From Pavona decussata (lineage: Eukaryota), in the NCBI GenBank assembly GCA_977016875.1, contig CDRNST010000251.1, forward strand, positions 1,302,001 to 1,366,000: a DNA stretch of 64,000 nucleotides, read 5' to 3'. A program made the translations under genes and the position numbers. Positions within the stretch are counted from its first letter, which is position 1. Every line of letters begins with the position of its first letter. The notes below the pieces were generated by a model, which saw only the letters and a program-made list of their open reading frames with translations, was not told where the DNA came from and did no database searches. This document shows, in pieces, positions 38,501 through 52,865 of the stretch.

Positions 38501-40580
38501 GAATTGGGTCGCATTTTCAATAGAGTTTCTAGAAAGGGGTCGCACATTTTCGGATTTTTGGGGTGAAAAAATTCTATTAAGTAGGGATTCAAAATGGTCT
38601 TGGTTAAAAAGTTCAGAAAGTTGTTGTTTATTAAATGTAACAATCACCTTGCATTACATTCCGTTCTTCAAAGTAGATGCATAAATTGAAAGTGACTTAG
38701 TGGGGATCGCAAAAATTACATTTTTCCAAAAAGTGACTAAGATGGGGTCTATAACTGGCCACAAAATAGACTATAACTACCCCCCCCCCCCCCCCCCCCC
38801 GTGCTCATTGGGAAGATACAACTTATGAAATGGTCAATTGACCCGGGAGTAATTACAACGTAGGTGAATGAAGGCTTATGCCAGATCCCAAGATGAAAAG
38901 AATGCAAAAATTTCCCACTATTCCAGCACTATTGCCCTAAGTGAGAAAGGGGGGAGGGGGTGGGCATAGCCGGAATTGACTGATTCATAATGCAAAGCCT
39001 TACTGAGTCATAGATTTATCTTGCAAATTTTTCAAATAAAAGCGGTTGTTGTTGTTGCTAATAACCATCACCGCATCGATGAAATTTGGAAATGTTCCAA
39101 TGACATTATTTTACGCTTCAATAAAATCAAAAACATGCTGAGATTATGTTGCAATTTCCAATTTTCATGTTGAAGCATTCCGAAGACCCCCAAAAGGACA
39201 GCACCCTCAGTGTTTTTTTTTTTTGTAAATAAGTTACATGCAATAACTTATTAACGCTATTAGTTTAAATTTATAATAACTTAAGCTTACTTTGGCCTGA
39301 TGGTCCAGCTTGTTGATGATCTTCTTCGATCTCCACTTGATCGTCGGTGACAACATCTAGGCGTACGGTAGCATGAAAGAAAGTCAGAAACGCTATCAAT
39401 GATTCATTGTAGTTCACGTTTTAAACTGATAAAACGATATAAACATTAGCCTACCCTCAATAATTTGCCTATTTTCGTCTTGTCGATTGTCGATTTCTTC
39501 CTCTTCTTGTACTGGCTCTTCCGTTTGTTCTGAAGAGAGAATAAGAAGTTGATGTTACAATCATCACCCTTTTAAACAAATACATGTAAATTAAGATCTT
39601 AATTCAATGTTGGAAAGATGAATGCAACAAGCACAACAAATTAAAATGTTTTCTGTTTCCCCAAATAAGCATTTCCCAATGCAATGATAACGCAGTTCCG
39701 ATAAGCAGTTCCGATGTCACCAGGTTGCAAAGCCAAACGTAACCTCGTGATCTTCTGGGGTTTTCCCGCCAAAACTTACTCTTGTATTAACTTTAAATTG
39801 GAAACGAGTGAAGGTATCAAAGTAAAAAATGAGAAAATAATATTTGTATCAAACTTTCCTGTCTACTTACATCGAGATATGAAATTAAAATTACTTCATC
39901 TCAGTACAATTTCATTTTGAATCAGCCTATAATGCTCTCTGTTGAGTGAAAAGTCACCTATTGGCGTGAAATAAAAAGATGAACAATACCTTCCGAGCGT
40001 TCAGCTTGCTGGTTTTGTGCGGCGTTTTGTGCAGTGTCGTCGGCCCCATCTGTGAATTGAAAGAATACAAATAGAAAATCGGCTTTCCTCATAGTACTGA
40101 GAAAAAATTACTGTGTACTGTAAAAGAAGTTATTACCTAGTAAGTTGAGCCTCATGTAAATCTTCCTTGGGTTTCTACTGAAATGGAGTTTCAAAGTTGG
40201 CCCGCAGACCTCTCCACCGGAACATATTCGGTCGAGGAGTGTGGTGCTCCCGCACGATTTGTAAAAATACAATCTGAAAATTAGATAGATGTTATATTGG
40301 TTTATATGGAAGGCGAAGGAATCTTTAAAGTGATTTAAATTGTATATATTTACCTTGAAAAATCTTCCGCTTCGAGTTGTGAACGGAAAGCGTGCACAAG
40401 CACCTCCTTCATGTGCTCGTTGGTGGCGTTGTTAGGGAAAACGATCTCTTTTACTCGCCCTGACCTTTCAAGAACATCGAAAGTTCTTGCTTGAGGGACC
40501 CGAAGAGGATCTATCCACCTCAACAGAACGGCTGTTCTTTTCAAGTTCCTGGCGCGTGTAGCTTGCGTCCTTTCAGCCAT
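32570..40580 (-). pseudogene. Multi-exon gene of unknown function, divergent from the Merlin transposase. 5' exons are intact (40580-40354, 40273-40137, 40049-39990, ~39529-39456, ~39356-39293); downstream exons look partly degenerate
   Basis: Phase-compatible GT-AG exons give MAERTQATRARNLKRTAVLLRW...RVKEIVF...LYFYKSCG...GPTLK...KIYMR plus an acidic linker. Many further small minus-strand exons run to ~32.6 kb, some with stops or frameshifts. Confidence 0.55.
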
Positions 40581-41016
40581 TGCTCTTTGCTCCAACTGCT
40601 TTCTCGCGGTAAATGGAAAACTAAAGTAAGGACGCGTAATCGTTGTCTTATTGTTTATGCACCCATAAAAGGTGTCAACGAACAATGAGCCATGAGGGTG
40701 TCAAGACTCTGATATCTTCTCACTCGAGTGTGAAAAGAACATTTGAAACGAAAGCTTACGCAGCTACTAAGTACTCTTATGGATATCATCAGGATTGCTT
40801 ACTATAAATTTAAATTTGAAAAAATGAAAACAAGCAATCGCTGCGAGCACGTACCCGTTCAACGCTTCGCTCGCGCAACCTTGGGTGTAACCGATTAATT
40901 AGTCAACTTTGAATGAAATTAAATGTATCACATATCATTCGGCATGATTGTGTTACGAAAATCGAAAGTACGCTGCTGGAGATAAGAGTGCAAGAAGAAA
41001 AAAAAACTGGTCCATT

Positions 41017-42829
41017 ATGAATCTCTTGGAGGTAGCCGCTCTTTCCAATGGTCCTACCTTAGAACTGATTCGATGGCTACAGGGGCAAAATTTACTAGCC
41101 AATCCACTGAGATGTGTACCCTGCAATCAAGCGATGGAATTATCGGAAAGAAACCGAGAACATGTCGATGGTTATATATGGTGAGTTTAGTAGGATCTTG
41201 GTTAGAGTGGGGTTTTCGTTCCTCTTATTCATCTGCTCATTGTTTATAATGAAACTAGTACAGACGCTAATGTATGCCCAATGGCAAAAAATAATTATTA
41301 TAGTTGTCGTCCTAAGGGGTAGAAATTTGAAAAAGTATTTGTTGCGAGCGCAATTCCCGCGGCGAAGGCGCAGCAAACGGGCTCCTAGAGCTGAAGTTGG
41401 ACTAGAAGAGGGATTTTTAGACATAACTTGCGCAACTTCTGGTATTTACATAGTTGTAGAGGAATCTTAGTTTTCGAGGTGTCTTGCATCTGCAAAGTTG
41501 TCTTAGCGGCTTTCAAGACATCCCATTCACATGTGTGATGCATCCGGTCAAAGTAGCTAAATGTAGCGAGACCTCGTTTGACCAAGTAAAAGCACGCAAT
41601 GTATTCAGTCTACAGCTAATAACTTTGCTGTTAAATCGTTTTTCATATTTAATTTTATTTTTTTTAAGGAGGTGCTCCAGATGCCACTGCAAAAAATCTC
41701 TCCGCAATGGAAGCTTATTTGCAGAATTTCCAAGGCTCCCATTGGGAAAACTCTTGCTTTTACTATTTCTGTGGAGTGTCCGCGAGTTAAGAAAAACTGC
41801 AGCCGAGATGCTTGGTTTAACTAATAATACAGTTGGCAACGTTTATGGAGTATTCAGGCATTATTGCAGAAGAGATCTACAAGACCGTCCAATTATTCCA
41901 TTTGGCGGGAACGTCTACATAGTAAAATGTGACGAGAGCCAATTCAAACATCAGTCAAAAGTGAGTACCAAAGCACTGACTATTTTGTCCAACTGTATGT
42001 TGCGGTAGCGACAACCCCGCTATCTCTAACACGTTTAAAGATTTTGTCGACGTTACCAAGGAAAACGAGTTTTAGTTGGAGTATACGGGAAAGCCGGACT
42101 TTTAAAAGCCTTCTAATACAGAAGTTTGCAGTATGTTTGCGCAGGATATATCCATGCGAATCAAGGTAGATCTTAGCAAGTGATTTTAAAATACAAAAAC
42201 TTAGGAAATTGCGGGTATCATATTAAGCACTGAACAATTCAAAAAGCGAGGAAACCAGACCCAAGGGAACGGCGAAAATGTCGAGCCTTTGAATTTTCCG
42301 ATGGACGAAATTTGTTTTATCTGACTAGGTTGCAACCAGGAATTAAATTTAATACGTAGTTTATGTCTTCCTTGTTCAGAATCAAAGAGGACGACGACCA
42401 AGGGACGACGTTTGGGTGTTTGGAATTATTTCAACCGAATACCGCCCTTGTCGTGGTTATTTCCAAGTGGTTCAGCAAAGAGACCGAGCTACTTTGGCCC
42501 CAATCCTACAGCGCGTTCTCCTTCCAGGCTCAGAGGTACACTCAGATGACTGGGCTGCTTATCGTGGCTTGGAGAATCATGTTGCTAATGTTCGTGTACA
42601 TAGGACTGTTATCCATCGCGATAATTTTGTTGATCCTGTCACCGGCATCCACACCCAAGAAATAGAGTCCGCATGGGCAAGACTTAAATATTTCATTAAA
42701 AGGGAGAAAGGGATTCGACGAGAGGATATCCAAGGTTTTCTCGACGAACAAATGTGGAGAGACTGGAGGGGCCAAGATAACAACTTCAATAATTTTATTT
42801 CAATTCTGCCTAATTATTATCCATTATAG
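41017..42829 (+). CDS. Merlin / IS1016 (IS1595-ISXO2-like) DDE transposase, 3 exons (41017-41180, 41669-41960, 42380-42829), ~301 aa
   Basis: N-terminal CxxC...CxxC Zn ribbon; IVKCDES, RGR...WVFG, VHSDDWAAY, VIH..NFVDP.TG.HTQEIESAW. GT-AG introns join in frame (906 nt). Confidence 0.93.
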
Positions 42830-42842
42830 AAAACAGATACAG

Positions 42843-43075
42843 TCTGGAAACTAATCGATGATCAATGACGTCAGTGAGTAATGGATGGGAAATCAATGAA
42901 AAATAAAAAGATCAGTCATTGATTATTGGCGATAATCAATGAGTAATTGATGACTAGTCGATGTACAAAAATTTTGTGGCCTATCCGGATTACTCATCGA
43001 TAACATTGATTCCTCATCGGTTACCTATTGATTACCCATCGATTACTTATTGCTAACATTATTAGCTTATCACAA
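42843..43075. repeat. ATCGAT-rich dispersed repeat remnant
   Basis: Starts ctggaaa..atcgat, like the copy at 50557; related to 56930-57250. Confidence 0.55.
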
Positions 43076-44759
43076 GCAGTAATGGAGGTACTTTTTTTTT
43101 TTATTAAATAATCAAGTTTTAATAGACAAAGAAAATTTTTTTTTTTCATTTTTAATTTTTGAGAGAAACATTTTCATGTAATTATTGATATAATATGTTT
43201 GCAATGCCTTATTTTCTATTTTAATATAATACTTTTGCGATGTTTTAGTAACGCACCTATCAATGTCTAGCGCCAATGAGGGGAGTGCAAGCATACCCAG
43301 GGGCTATTGACGATTGACATTTTCAAATATTTTGGTCAATAAATTTCAAATTCCACAGCCTCTGCCATTTCAAACCTTAATTCTTGTTCAAAATGTCCCC
43401 TTCCTTGGACAAAGTTCACAGGTCGAATGCCCCACTTATGCCCGCACTCTCCCTGTTGGGGCAAGATATTGATAGGTGCAAAAAACGTAGCTGTATATTT
43501 CATGAATAAAATTGTGCTGCAAGATAAAAATTAACAACAACAATGAACATGGCTGAAAACTGCAACTGTGTCCAATCAGTAATGAAGCTATTCTATGATT
43601 GTCACATACAAGACAACTGTGACATTAGAAACTTATTTTTTTTTTTTAATATTTATATTCAGTATAAAAAGAAACAGATCCAAACCTTTCCTGTTGTCAA
43701 CTATAAATAAACAGGAAAAAAAATCCTGCAAAGAAATGAGGAGGGGAAAAAATATCCTGCAGAGCATTTAGAAGGGAAAAAATATGCTGCCCACCAGGCT
43801 GTTAGAAAAAAAAATTCTTGCTGACCAGAAATCACCCACCCTCCCCCCCCCCCCCCCCTCAAAGTTAAATGGTCGGCCCTTAAAATGAACATTCAGCCAT
43901 GAGTCGGTTCCATAGAAGTTTTTACTGGCACTGCAATCGGAAATTTCTTTTTCTAGAACCTTGAGGCTGACATTACACGAAGTTATAAGATAACTGGCGA
44001 TAATTGTTTGAGCCATAACGTGCCGCTGTGATTTAGCTATTGGTTCATCGTATATTGACCATATTTGGGGATTTTTGATATTGAAAAGCCAATAATTGAT
44101 CCGGAACGTGATAACGTGTAATACTAATAACCATTCTGATTCACTATAGCGTGCTAAAAAGAAAACAAAAATAAAAAGGGACTTCACTAATGACTGCACT
44201 AATGAAGGTCGTGCATGAGTTTCACGATATCCCACAACGGCTGCGACAACCACTGACCAAAAAATCGTAGCCTCTGGTAACGAGGATGCCTAATGATCCA
44301 GAGACTTTTTGGCGTGGTCATACAGAGAAAGCAGAATTACGCAATTACTCTTTGTATCCAAAAAAGTAACCGGGGAGAACCATGCTTTTTCAGAGATACC
44401 GTACAATTTCGAAAGTAACGGCCCTCGTTACTTTCGTATTAGTGCTGGCCAAAGGGGCAGCTACTATCGGGTAGCCGCTACTTTCGGATGGTTAATACAC
44501 GTTTGTAACTTGTTAAAGGCGTCAACCCACTTATGCATGTTGTGAACTCTCCTCGTGAACATAGCAAACTGTAACACCAAAGAAAAAAAAAGGCCCAAAT
44601 ATTCGGCAAGTAGGAGTTCCAACTCGTCCGAAATCAGTCACTAAAGGTAGTTCAATTATAAAGCGGTTGAGAAGGTATGCCCATGTCAAATTTACATGGC
44701 AGCATCAACGTCAATATCCTGTTCAAAGTGAATGTTCATGACAGAAAAAAAAGTTTCTC

Positions 44760-45616
44760 GTTTACTAGACATGTTGCCCGTAAGTAAGTCCGGCTAAGTA
44801 AGTCCGGCTTCACTCGGCGTGCGCGTAGAGTACTAAAATATCGCTCGCATTCTGCAGAGGGTCGGAGGTTATTGGCAGGGTGCAGAGGATACGTAACAAC
44901 TTGTGAGTGTTGCATTCAGCTAGAGCTTTAACCACGTTGTCAGGAGTTCAACGTCTGCGTCCTGAGGCGATGGGAGGTCATCAGCATAAGACTGAAGTGC
45001 ATCTTACAGCTAATCGAGTTCTTGAGAGACGACCAGCTTTGGAAAAAGCAGAGGCAGAGCAGAGAGGACAGTGTTTTGTCATTTTCAAGGCTGAAACAAA
45101 TGTCCGTCTGGGTACTTGAGCTAAGTGCTCTAGTGAGGAAACCGCAAGGGCCTTCTCGTAATACATCTTTAGGCGTTATGGCCTCCACGTTATTGCGGTG
45201 CTCCTGTTGGCCTGCCTACTCTCCTTGAAATACAAGGCTCGATGCCGAATTTCCTTTCAGGATTAGCAGCTTTCTCAAACAATTGTGGAAACTGGCAAAT
45301 TGCGAACATTAACTCGCTTTACTTTCGCCATCCCAGTTCCATGGAGAGCTGCTGTACTGGTTTTGGACTGAACAGTTGGTCATGAGAGATGGCCTCAAGT
45401 GTCTCAAGTGACGATAGAAGGTAACATACCAAGAAAAGCCTCACTGAAATGCTTCATGTGGTTCGTCCCATCTTGTACGGCAAAGACTCAACAAAAATGT
45501 TAATTTTGCATTGGGAGCCTCCTTTTCTGTGACTGCGCGCAAAAGCTGGTTTTATTAAGAGGGGGAGGGGGGGGGGGTTCCGGAACCCCTGGACCCCTGC
45601 GCTGGGTAAGCCACTG
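44760..45616 (-). mobile_element. Degenerate hAT transposon (P52rIPK/THAP12-like transposase C-terminal fragment)
   Basis: Broken minus-strand reading PRR.GR...NVEA.TP.DYY..ALA..LEHL...RF...YADDLPSP..DVEL..W; CAGTGGC terminus at 45616. Confidence 0.65.
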
Positions 45617-48600
45617 TGTATCATTTGACCCTGCTAACACTGCTGCTTTTAAATGATAGTTTTCAGTAGGACTTCTTTAACAAATCACATCAGTAACTTC
45701 CTTAAATTCAGAAGGTCGTTCTATGTTATTTAATGCAATGTTGATATAGATTGAACAGTAATTAGTACGATCGAGGGCGCAAGCCTGTTGGTGATTTTCA
45801 CCGTAAGAAAGACGACACAAATGTTTCTGTTCCAGTCACTTTTGTTACGCTTAATACTCCAACCGCATTGTAAACCGATCGAAATGGACAGAATTTATTT
45901 GTAAGATGGTATAATAGAGTCCAAAACTATATTACTTGAAACATTACATCAAATGGAATACGGCATTTTATCATGGTGGAATTGTCATTTTCGAATGGCC
46001 ACCACTTTCGGGTGGGCCGTTACTTTTTTTTAGGAGGGGGGGGGGGGTACTTTTGGACTTCAATAGGAGGATTAACAATTAACGCTACTTTCGGAATTCT
46101 ACGGTAGTTAGGCTTCCATTTAGGAAAAAAGAACATACATTGCTTTGTATTTTGGTCTGCTTTCCTCTGCATATTCATAAACCATGCACAAATGACTTCT
46201 ATGTTAGTAGGAATCACCCTTGAATACGAATTCGAATGCACGACGATTTCTGCCATCAGCTTTTCCCGTCCATTTTAAACTAAAGCGACCCTTAACTTTC
46301 TTAGACACCTAACGAACTAGGCATATTATAAATTTACGCAATGGTGGTCATATGAACTTCCGCTTACTTGTGTATTGAGGCTTTTGCGAAGAAAGCGGCA
46401 GTTGTTAAGTGAGGGAGAGAGATGATATGATATTGATGACGATAATACCTTATTTACCCACAAGAAGTTCCACTGTTTTGTCTTAATCGGGCGAGCATTA
46501 AAATTACAACTGTGTAGTTCAAAGGCATTCTATGAAGAGTGTAGATATATATGTATTTACAAAAAAGACATCACGGATAACTGTGTAAGGCCTAACAGAT
46601 CATTTGTAAGCCCTCATTTAAGTGAAGTTTGACATCTGTTTCAGAGACTGGGACTCGGAGGTCATTCTTTCCGGCTTAGGGTCGTTTCACATCTTAAGTC
46701 CGAGGTGTACAAACAAACTTTCTTGTCAATAATTCGAATATTGTATTCCGTATTTATTGCGAGTTTGAAGAGTTTTTAGGGGACAGTGCATAATTGTTAT
46801 TCTGAATTCTACACATCATGAACGCTTAGTGATTAAAACGTCATTTTACGAGCATGTAAAATTGAGTAGATATATAGGGAAGGTTTGTATCGGGAGAACA
46901 CTGACAGGACATGTTCCTTCATTTTTTTCTGTACAGGTTTCCTCAGCCACTGGCGTGTTTCCCACTCTACATTAAAATGGTTCTTTTGTTTTCGATGTGT
47001 TCTAAAACATATAGGAAAACAGGGAGTTAAAATGCTTTCTAAAAAAATTGGTATGTTTTCAATATATACGATTTTGTAAACAAAAAGTGATGAAAGTAAA
47101 CGAAATACTTAAATCTCGAACGTTCTGTTTTTCCTCCCTTTCCAAAGAAAATGAAAAATGGAAACGTGTGTTTGTGGGTGTTTTTTTTTTTTTTTTTTTT
47201 TTTTGGGGGGGGGGGGGGTGCCTGTTGTAGAACGTCAAAACTTTTGGCCACACCTTTTCCACAAAGTAGATCAAGGTGATTTAACCATCAATACCATTGG
47301 CTCTTTCTGGACGGTCGCTCAACTGGAGAAGCGTTTACTTGTAGTAGAGTAGCCAACCCAACCGAAAAAAAAATGGCCTATTCGAGTTTTTTTTTCTGCC
47401 GAATACTCTAATAAAATTCTCGTAACAGTTATTTATGATTTTTCCACCACCAATTTATGATAAAAGCCGGTTAGTTTCTAAACCAACAGCTCCCGGTTGC
47501 CATACAGTCAAGCTTATCGTCAAGCATTATAAATACCCGCGCAAAAGTAAACGCAAAGTATACGGAAATGAACTTTAAAACAAATAACTCAAACCCCGAG
47601 ACGTTTAGTCAATCTTCCCTTGGAAATTCCACACTAAATTGCAAAAACATTCTACCCTCACAGCACCACATAACGATATACCGCAAATATCGAAGTATTT
47701 CCCGCCCTCCCTCGAACCAAGAATCAGAGGGGGGGGGGGGGGGTGTACAAACCTTCCCTGTGCACACAGCAAAACTTGCACGCATGTTATTCCTCTGTTT
47801 TTATACGAAGCTCGTATTGCAAAAATCCCATAGCAATAGCACATTTTTATTAATTTGTTTATAATTCCGCAAGGCCTGTGGATATGTAGCCTTCTCTGCA
47901 ACTGAGCAACTTGTTGGACCTCACTGGCTCTTAGGCTTCCTCACTGTCAATGCGTAGCCTAACTGGGCGTACTACCTTTGCAACCGTAAACATAACAACT
48001 GGGGATGAGCGACTGTATTGAAACAGGAAGCCCAATACTACAGCCAGTGAACAATAATACCCTCAAGGAAGCTCTAGCTTCATAGGCACATGTATGTTCT
48101 CCGGAATAGGCAAAAAGGCCATAAGCTGAACAAGTTAAATTACCAACATGGCTCACATAAGTCTTCTAGTAAAATGTGTGCAACAAAAGTCGGCAAGCAA
48201 AGACTTGGCTTTGTGAGAGATCTTCCATAGTATTGTTAGATGATAAAATTGCCAATGATGACAAATATTTACAGCGCAATTATTTGAGGTTAAAATAGTT
48301 AAAGGAATTTTATTTGGTGTTTGGACTCATTACAAATTATATTTCGGTTTTGGGAATATCACAGAAAAAGACCAGTTAACTCGTTATGCATCTCTCTAGA
48401 AATAATACCTTGTAGTTCGACTTAGTTATTCTTAATGTATGATTAACGCATAAATTCTCCTGTCATGAATTCGGTATGAGCAGCTGTACGTTTCCGCGGA
48501 AACACTTGTGATCGTAAAAATATTTTCAATTAAGTTTCCTACAAAAGATAACATCTTGTTTACCTTTACTTTTTATAAGTTTTTCCTCAACTTGACCTTT

Positions 48601-50556
48601 CGACGGTTTATTCCAGGAAATTGTTACTGTTCTTATTTTTAGTCAATTTTGGTAGATTTTCTGAGGTTCTTTTACCGAATTCATGGTAGTTGGTGTTCAT
48701 TTTAAAGAGGAATATATGTAAATAATAATATCGGTTATTTTAGGGTCAGTTTCGAAAGTAAATACTATGGTGTTAGGGTAATTGTGAAGATAAATATCCA
48801 TTTTTGTAATTCTGCTATTAGCCACGTACTGGATGTATAATTCGAGCTTTAAATTTATTTTGACCACGTCCCCCTTTAATTTATGGAAGCTTTTAACCAA
48901 TCACTTTCGATGAAGAAGGCTAACACCTTCATTCAACTTTTACTGTTTTTCAGATTATCTTTGTGAAACCTTATTGTATAAGTCCGAACTTTGTAATTTT
49001 TATATTGGTCTCCCTGTTTTGTATTGACTGGACAACTCAAGTTTCATGATGATATTTCTCTAGAAAGATGTCTTTGACTTGGTTAATAGATCAAAGGCAC
49101 GGATGCAAATAAGTTTCTTGCAGCCAATCACAGAAGGCTTGCGTAAGATTTAGTTTGCGTTAAGCGGATGGTTGTCGAGCCATCTAGTTTTAGTAGAGAA
49201 GTGATTGTTGAGCAGAGTAAGCTGAACTTATGTCAGAGTAATAAAGAATAGCAACTGAAGAAGCTATTGGATCTTTGTTGAAGTGAACCCAGCTAATTCC
49301 CCGTAATAGGTTCTCTCAACAGTATGACTAAGAGAGGATGAGCTATGAGCCATGTTTCGACACGTACACTTTATTCACGAGTTAGCCACACTGAGGCATC
49401 CTTGGATTTTTTAAGTAGGCTAAATAAACGTTGCATTTGTTATATTTATATTAGAATAGCAATTGTTAACAAAAGTTCTATCATCCTGTCAATATTTACC
49501 ATTCTCCTGGTCATTCCCAAGTAATATTCTCCGAAATTCGTCATTCCACGTTCCTCTCCTTCAAGCGAAGACAAACCTGGGAAGGTTATTAAGCAAGGGA
49601 AACCTTATCTTTGTCTTTGCGACCACTCTCGTAGGCGACGACCAGCTGTAGTTATGACCACCATTGCAAAACCCAGTTCGAATTGTCACTGTTAAGCTGT
49701 CTCTATAGCTAATCAAAAGAAAGCCGAAGCGACCGCGACCACTTTTTGAAATTACCAACCGCGTCTTTTCCTTTGTTTTTTAGTCCTCGTAAGCCGACCA
49801 GTTAAAGATTTTGATACGTATTACGGCAACTCGTTAATAAAAGTATTTTTACTGGCTTAAGAACATAACTTATACTTTCCTAAAATTTCAACATGCTTCC
49901 TTTATGACGCCAAAAACCAAAGAAATCGGTTAATGTTCGCGTTACTTGTACTACATTACAGGTAGAAATTACATTGTAAGCTCTTCTTGCTAACACTCTC
50001 GTAAGCGACCATCATTGTGAGACCCCGCTTGGATTTTCACTTAAACTTAGTAAATCAAAAGCTCATAGGCAATTTACTCTTTTTGTATTATGTAATGTAG
50101 ATATATACTTTAAGGGGTGTATCTTATTTTTTCTGTACTGCTTTTGTATATTATAAGTTCAAAAAAAAAAAAATCACGTTTGTAGTGAAATGTAAGTAAT
50201 TACGCGTAAGTTATATTGTTATCTATATAATGTGAGTATTGTATTATGAGTAAAAGTGTAAGTACAGTAGGTTATTGTAAGTACTGTAACGTGTGTGGTT
50301 GAAAAAAAAAAAGTCAAAAGCTTTCGTAAGCGACCACTCAAAGATTCTGATACGTCTTAAATAAAAGTAAACTCTTCGTGATCACATTTACAGAAATATA
50401 GTACTGCCTAATGATGTTCGTCGGCAGATAAAGATCTTGAAATAAAATTCAAGATGATTTACCGCTCTGGTTAGTGACCAGCTTCTATTGTTTCAGCCTT
50501 TGGTCGCTAACGATCGCGAGTTTGCATGTAAGCGAACAGCTCTCCTCGTGACGTTA

Positions 50557-51466
50557 CTGGAAACCGATAATCGGAAATTCAATCGATCAATCGATATCAA
50601 TCGATAAAATTAGTTAATTGGTATCGATTGGTATCGGCCAATCGATGACCAATCGATAACCACGCAAAAACCGTTCATCGATTGCTATCAATTGGCTTAG
50701 CAACTTTGAACAGACGTCACGCACGCTACCTGTTCGATCATCCGCCATTTTTAGGAAACACCAAAACTAAAATGGCTCATCGCTTACTACTATGATGAAA
50801 AAGAGGAACGTCTTTTTTATCTTTTGCTGCATATTTTATTTCTTTTAGACGCGATTGGCGCCTTTATAGATTTTTTAGCTTGTATGTATGTGATCCTTGT
50901 TCTAAGTACGATTAGCCTCGAAATTATAAGGCTTGGTATTGCTGCTTTTTTAAGTTTCATTATTTTGCAGCAACTCATGCCGCTGCTGTTGGTAATTTCA
51001 TTGTTTGCAAAAGTACAACTTCTGTTACCAGAATTTTTCGGTGAAGGCACGATGTAACCACTTTCCGTTTTTTGACGTGTATAGATTGGCCCATGGAACA
51101 AACTTTTGAATTTGTAAAAAAAATAAAATTAAATAATGACCGGATTCCTGTGGACGGGGCATTAACGTTAAAGAAAGAGAAGAGAGCATTGTTTTCCTGT
51201 TAACATTAAATTGAAATGTGTTTATTATCACTGCGTACAAAGTTGTGCTTTTTATGCGTCGATTCCGGTCCCGTCAATCTGCATCCAATCGGTACCAATT
51301 TACCTATCGATTGGTATTGATAATCGATACCAATCGATAACCACACGAATCTTCGCCATCAATTGGTCATCTATTATCAGTATCAACCGATTAATTGATA
51401 TCAATTGGTATCAATTGATCAATCGATTGTCATCGATTATCGATTCCATCGATTGGATACCCCGGG
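50557..51466. mobile_element. Non-autonomous element with ATCGAT-rich, self-complementary ends
   Basis: Dense ATCGAT/ATTGAT motifs at 50560-50700 and 51285-51460 around a unique core; ends in ccccggg. Confidence 0.6.
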
Positions 51467-51697
51467 TCTTACTAATCTCGTTTTTTCGGTCCGCATCTAA
51501 AAGGCTTCAGGAATTGATAAACATGATAACCAGAGCTGGTACCGTAGCGACAGAAGCAGTTAAAATATCTTCCTTAAGTTTAATTGCCATTATAATTGTT
51601 TTTTCCATACTTGCCTCATTAAAAAATTCTCGACACTTGTGAAATCACCCATGCGCGCGTTAAGTTAAAATTAATTAGTATGATTGTAAAGTCAAAA

Positions 51698-51700
<3 letters not shown>

Positions 51701-51731
<31 letters not shown>
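51701..51731. repeat. (AT)n microsatellite
   Basis: Perfect dinucleotide run. Confidence 0.95.
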
Positions 51732-51735
<4 letters not shown>

Positions 51736-52865
51736 GCCATACCCCCAACACCCCCTTCCGCCCGCATCAAAAACAACGAGTAAGTACAATCAGTTTGAGC
51801 GCTAAGCAAAAGAAAACACATAAGACAAAGTTATTTTTTTATCTGATCGAGTGAGACAACTGCGCAAATTATCTTACCAATCACAGAGCGAAGTAAAAAA
51901 AAAAGAAGAAAAACCAAAAAAAAAAAAAACGCGAATTAAATTCTTTTGAGGCTCAATATACCCATTCGGGTCCATTCGGCTAACGCAATGTTGTACCCAA
52001 TTCAAATCCTTTGGGCATAAAATGTGTTGTTCTAAGCATTTCCATATCGTTGAAATGTGAATGCTACATTATAATGCAAATGTAATAAACAAATAATCTT
52101 AACCCCGGGGGATTTGAATTGAGTAAAACATTGCGTTAGCCGTATGAGTCTATTGAAAACGGTCTATGTGCTGCAATTTAGTGGTATTTTTGAGGTCTCG
52201 AAAGATACGCAATTTTTTTTTTTCTATTTAATTACACAATTTGGTTTGTCTAATTTGATTCTGAAATACTAACACATTTATTGTGACCCAAAACTTGCAG
52301 TAAAACGAAGTTCACGTTTTTGTAGTACCCGTGTATATCAAATCACTACTTAATTGCTAAGTAATAACTTAGTTTTTAATATTGAGGACGATGCCTACTA
52401 ATACAAAAGGTTTTTTGTGCGGCTTATGAATATGCGGGAAAAGCAGATCCTAATTTTCTTTTTCGATGTTAAAAGCAGTTACTAAGTTCTCTTTTCTCCG
52501 CATAAATACCGCGTAAAAAAATCACTGTAAGGCACCATCCATAAGGAAACCTGAGATGCGTAAAAGTAGACACCGTAATAATAACAAGTTTTCGAGCAGT
52601 TTTCCTTTTACCAGGAGCCAATCAAAAATGGCACATCACCCATGTTTTCACTGCCGAACTACGTTTTGATATCAACAAACTGTAATCGCATTACAATGTT
52701 GAAAGCGGCGGAATTTTGAAGAGTCGTACTTGGAAAAGAACATCCGGTTTGATCATCTCTGCGTTCATCATTAACTTGCGAAAAGCACAGTTCAACTAAT
52801 CACAGCTAATCAAATCCTCTTTCAGTTTCGCATTACGTTGTTGATGTAACAGTCCCAGTGTAATC

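Noticed and set aside
48160-49430. Possible degenerate retroelement (GIY-YIG-like or LINE) remnant
   Set aside because: Too decayed to recover a convincing motif by eye.
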